DNA of 64,000 nucleotides. It comes from Ostrea edulis. Lineage: Eukaryota. Positions within the stretch are counted from its first letter, which is position 1. Each line of letters starts with the position of its first letter. The translations under genes were made by a program, and so were the position numbers. The notes below the pieces were generated by a model, which was given only the letters and a program-made list of their open reading frames with translations, had not been told where the DNA came from and ran no database searches. The DNA lies in contig NC_079167.1 in assembly GCF_947568905.1 (NCBI RefSeq), positions 32,550,001-32,614,000 on the forward strand, given 5' to 3'. Positions 58,641 through 64,000 of the stretch are shown in pieces.

Positions 58641-61419
58641 TTACAAATTAGCGCCGATTCTCTGTTACGACTTTATATATTCCACATGTTGTTGTACCCG
58701 GAAGTAGTAAAACCGAAAATGAAAGCAAACGAGACTTACAGACCCTATTTGATGATAAATTTTAGTCTATTACGCCCTAGTACGTCAGATAGAAATTGTA
58801 TTTAATTAAAGTAATCATCAAGTTGATTTCAAGTACAAGCTAAAGTGATGTTCATAACGTTAGTACAAGTTTTTGTGAAATTTTGATAATTCATATGATT
58901 GCAATTTTCGGACGTTGTACCGTTAAAAAATTCCATTCATGTAGCATATATAGCTCTCTTTTTTTTTATATTATAGATCTACATGTATATATATTATGTG
59001 TGATCTGCTTATTCTAGATGAGTTTTGTTTTATATCCTTTAGCACCGACTCTTGCTGCCTCCATTCTCTTGCTGGTGCATCAGGCATACTGTATATTGCA
59101 TTAGGGATAATACACATGTATACGTATTAACTGGGTACTAATGTTTACATATGAAACTTGAAATACCACCAATGAGTATAAACTCCAAGAATTGCTCCTC
59201 GCTGTGTGTTGTCTGTACTTGAATCAACAATTATATATGTTACATGTTTATATATGCTCATTTGGGCCCTGATTTAGTAATAAAAAATATACTATTTTAT
59301 TCTATTCTATATTGCATCTTAAAAAGTGCTGTGACATATATTTTATTATTGATTTTAAATGGAAATAAGTACACTTTCTAAACTTTTAGCAGATAATAAT
59401 GCGAGTATGGAGTTCCCTTAAAATTCGGTCAAACTGAGATGTCTGAAAATGAAATTAGTCAGTCATTCCATGCCCTCGTTACAAACACTTACTAACCTTG
59501 AAGCAGGCACATGAATGTGTAATTTTGACTATTAAATAACCATTGACTTGCAAGACAAAAGTGTTCCTTATCACGTATTTCTCTACACTAAAAGCGATTA
59601 TCTAACGTAGTTTTATTGGGTTTTCTTGTTTTTATTAGGTTTTTCTTGTTATTGTACACAGTAAATGTTTTTATTAGTCATTGATATATGTTCCAATTAC
59701 ATTGAGAAATTTCGAGGGGGAAAATGGATGCCATCGATCGCTTTCACAGCTAAGCCCCAAAACATTACATTAAAATGAAGAGAGAGAAAACGCGACTATC
59801 TATACTAGTCTTTTTTTTTTTTTTTAATCTTTTAATTTTTTAATGAAATGTTTGTTTTAATTTTCGGAGTTATGGCATTGGATGGACTAATTGTCATAAA
59901 GGAGTGATTGACCAAAACAGTGACAAGAGGCCCGGGGTACCGTAATATTCGAAGGAGGGGGGTGGGTGTAGTTTCTGTTTCTTGTCCTCAAGCACCTACG
60001 CCTGAACAGTGTTTAAAATCCATCTATGACGTCATTCTTTTGTTCGAACACTCCATTATTTTTCAGGAATGGAGTGTTCGGAAAGTAGGTCAACCTTTGT
60101 ACAAGTAGATATAAATGCATGCAACAAAAGAATAAAAAACGTAAGACATGATTAAAATGCACAAAGTTTAGTTTTTATTTGGGCCCAGCAAAGGTGGATT
60201 TTAAGTGGGTCAATGTACGTGTATAACTCCATTCCTAAAAAGCAATGGACCTCGGCCCCTTTGGGGCCTCGGTCCATTACTTTTAAGGAATGGAGCGATA
60301 CTCGTACATTAACCCTTACGTAATGTCGGCCATCCGAATCACAACACTAACCTAGCTGTCGAAATAATCCCTCTGTACGATGATCCGGGAACTCGCTGCC
60401 GCTATCCATGACTAATACAGAGAAAATATAGAGTTTCTCACGATAAAATGGGAGCCCCCCCCCCCCCCCCCAAGATAGAGTAACATATAGCATTCATTCA
60501 TTTTTATTCGATGGAAATGGTACATGAGGTACAATACAAAAATTTCCACAAGCACCTGAAGTATGGACACTACTACCCCCCCCCCCCCCCTTCTGATTCT
60601 TTTTATGCGACGGTAATTTCTCCGGAATGGGTGGTTCCCCTCTCTATCCCATCCAATTTACGTAGGTCTAATTGTTTCACGCTTATTGCAAGCTTTAGAG
60701 GTTGGCCTTCTACCGATATAATCTCTAAAGCTTATAAAACAGCGTGAAACGATTACATGTATATAAATCAAGATTGGAATGGGATAGATAGGGGATCCAC
60801 CCATTTGGGAGAAATTATCGCCGCCAAAAAAAAAATCAGAAAGGAGGGGTAGTAGTAGTAGTAGTAGTGTCCATACTTCAGGTGCAATTTTCTTTCATTA
60901 CCTATGTACATATATAATCTTTCGTAATATGATATACATACTAAACTATCGGCTATTCTCTACTGGGAGGCGATCGTGGTACGAGATTTCAAAAAGATGC
61001 TACTGAGTTTCTTAATTAATTATAGGTAGATATTCAAGATTTCAGATCAAAATTTGATTTTAAAATTCTGTGCATACAAAAACATCGTACAGTATGACCG
61101 ACTTTTCCAGTTAACTTACGGTCTGTCCCAGAGTGGGGGTGGAGAGGTGTTGAAATAATTAAGGACTGAGTATTCTGGTACAAAATATGGTATTCAAATA
61201 TACATATTGTGACTGGCCAATTTTGTTTGAGTATATTAACTTTACTCAAATTCTGTCTCTTTTTGTCGGAAGTAGGGTGTTTAAATTCAAATAAATATAA
61301 GGGAAAGAAAACCCAACAATTAAATTACAAATGTCCGTCTCCGATCGGGCAAAGGTTGTTGATTGTATTTATAAATGTACATAGTACAATTAAATGTGGA
61401 AGCAACACTGTGTACATCA

Positions 61420-63270
61420 CAATATCAATACAATACACGTTATAATATCGATACAATACATGTTACGATATCGATACAATACATGATGTAATATCGATAC
61501 AATACATGTTATAATATCGATATAATACGTGTTATAATATCGATACAATACATGTTGTAATATCGATACAATTAATGTTATAATATCGATACAATACACG
61601 TTATTATACCGATACAATACACGTTACAATACCGATACAATACACGTTACAATATCGATACAATTAATGTTACAATATCGATACAATACACGTTACAATA
61701 TCGATACAATTAATGTTACAATATCGATACAATACACGTTACAATATCGATACAATTAATGTTACAATATCGATACAATACACGTTATAATACACATTAC
61801 AATATCGATACAATTAATGTTACAAGATCGATACAATACATGTTATAATATCAATACAATACAAGTTGCAATATCGATACAATACACGTTATAATACCGA
61901 TACAATACACGTTACAATATCGATACAATTAATGTTACAATATCGATACAATACACGTTATAATACCGAAACAATACACGTTACAATATCGATACAATAC
62001 ACGTTATAATACCGAAACAATACACGTTATAATATCGATACAATACACGTTATAATATCGATACAATACATGTTACAATATCAGTACAATACATGTTATA
62101 ATATCGATACAATACATGTTATAATATCGATATAATACGTGTTATAATATCGATACAATACATGTTGTAATATCGATACAATACACGTTATAATACCGAT
62201 ACAATACACGTTACAATATCGATACAATACATGTTACAATATCGATACAATACATGTTACGATATCAATACAATACATGTTACGATATCGATACAATACA
62301 CGTTATAATACCAAAACAATACACATTATAATATCGATATGATACGTGTTACGATATCGATACAATACACGGTATAATACCAAAACAATACACATTATAA
62401 TATCGATATGATACGTGTTATGATATCGATACAATACATGTTACAATATCGATACAATACACGTTATAATATCGATGCAATACACGTTATAATACTGATA
62501 CAATACACGTTATAATATCGATACAATACACGTTACAATATCAATACAATACATGTTACAATATCGATACAATACGTGTTACAACATCGATACAATACAC
62601 GTTATAATACCGAAACAATACACGTTACAATATCGATACAATACATGTTACAATAACAGTACAATACAAGTTATAATATCGATACAATTAATGTTACAAT
62701 ATCGATACAATACAAGTTATAATATCGATACAATACACGTTATAATATCGATACAATTAATGTTACAATATCGATACAATACATGTTATAATATCGATAC
62801 AATACACGTTATAATATCGATACAATACATGTTATGATATCAATACAATACATGTTATAATATCGATACAATACACGTTATAATATCGATACAATACATG
62901 TTATGATATCAATACAATACATGTTATGATATCAATACAATACACGTTATAATATCGATACAATACATGTTATGATATCAATACAATACATGTTATAATA
63001 TCGATACAATACATGTTATGATATCAATACAATACACGTTATAATATCGATACAATACATGTTATGATATCAATACAATACATGTTATAATATCGATACA
63101 ATACATGTTATGATATCAATACAATACACGTTATAATATCAATACAATACATGTTATAATATCAATACAATACATGTTATGATATCAATACAATACACGT
63201 TATAATATCAATACAATACATGTTATAATATCAATACAATACATGTTATAATATCAATACAATACATGTT
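61420..63270. repeat. 23-bp minisatellite (TATAATATCGATACAATACA(T/C)GT), ~80 copies
   Basis: 23-bp periodicity (ATCGATAC at 61447, 61470, ...). Confidence 0.95.
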
Positions 63271-63683
63271 ACTCATGGAGTTTACATGTAGTGATTCTCA
63301 GAATTTGCCTTTTAGTTTAAAACTCTATTAGATCGAGCTGTCGAGAAAGCGGGTTTTCCGAATATTTTCTCTTAAATCAAGCATACCTAGTTTGTGTAAA
63401 CTAGCAATTTTCTGCTCTCAGAATGTGCCATTTTGCGGTTTATAAAAAAAATGTCGGGGATACCCCTATCCTCCCTGAGCGTGCCCCTCCCGCACGTGCC
63501 GCTTTATGACGCTAACCCGCATGGCCGCACCTTGAGCAATAAAACCTTTGGTTTCCAGCTCTTGTCTACTCAGATAATTTTCGCGATACTGAAAAAAATC
63601 ATATCAGAGGGGGTAGGTAGGGTAAACAGGAGGGGAGGGGCAGGGTCAAGAGGAAAGAAGAAGGGAGAGAAGAGGGGAGAGGG

Positions 63684-63741
<58 letters not shown>

Positions 63742-63770
63742 AACAGTTTGATAGATACGGTGGTCGCAGT

Positions 63771-63970
63771 NNNNNNNNNNNNNNNNNNNNNNNNNNNNNN
63801 NNNNNNNNNNNNNNNNNNNNNNNNNNNNNNNNNNNNNNNNNNNNNNNNNNNNNNNNNNNNNNNNNNNNNNNNNNNNNNNNNNNNNNNNNNNNNNNNNNNN
63901 NNNNNNNNNNNNNNNNNNNNNNNNNNNNNNNNNNNNNNNNNNNNNNNNNNNNNNNNNNNNNNNNNNNNNN
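63771..63970. other. Assembly gap (200 N)
   Basis: Run of N. Confidence 1.
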
Positions 63971-64000
63971 AGATGAAATAACAGACAAACTACAGATTAT

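Larger units (their letters stand above)
54494..58746. mobile_element. ISL2EU-type (PIF/Harbinger-related) DNA transposon, decayed but with both ends, 4253 bp
   Basis: Perfect 18-bp TIR AGGGTCTGTAAGTCTCGT, AT duplicated at 54492-54493 and 58747-58748, and a subterminal ACTTCCGGGTACA at both ends. Remnants of a THAP-DDE transposase (-) and a YqaJ nuclease (+) face each other. Confidence 0.88.

Overview
AT-rich eukaryotic (not prokaryotic) genomic DNA with spliceosomal introns, two 200-N scaffold gaps (8159-8358, 63771-63970) and a repeat landscape typical of a bivalve, probably an oyster (inferred from repeat types, not proven). Six protein-coding genes were reconstructed by hand, three of them multi-exon and only fragmentarily visible in the ORF track: an intronless class A GPCR (12300-13268 +); a 3-exon GPI-type Ly6/uPAR (quiver-like) gene (14797-20502 +); a 3-exon 124-aa orphan (23917-25903 -); two intronless paralogous basic proteins of unknown family sharing an RVxF-like and a DPRY motif (29634-30545 +, ~37607-38593 +); and a 16-coding-exon TNIP1/ABIN-like gene carrying both a UBAN and a TAB2-like NZF finger (46555-52456 -). 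Mobile DNA includes a full-span but decayed ISL2EU-type transposon (THAP-DDE plus YqaJ, 54494-58746), two TTAA-flanked Kolobok-like elements, a 5'-truncated RTE LINE, Helentron-like elements with internal satellite arrays, Deu/Nin-type and other tRNA-derived SINEs, MITEs, several tiny palindromes and five large minisatellites. No CRISPR, rRNA or intact tRNA is supported.
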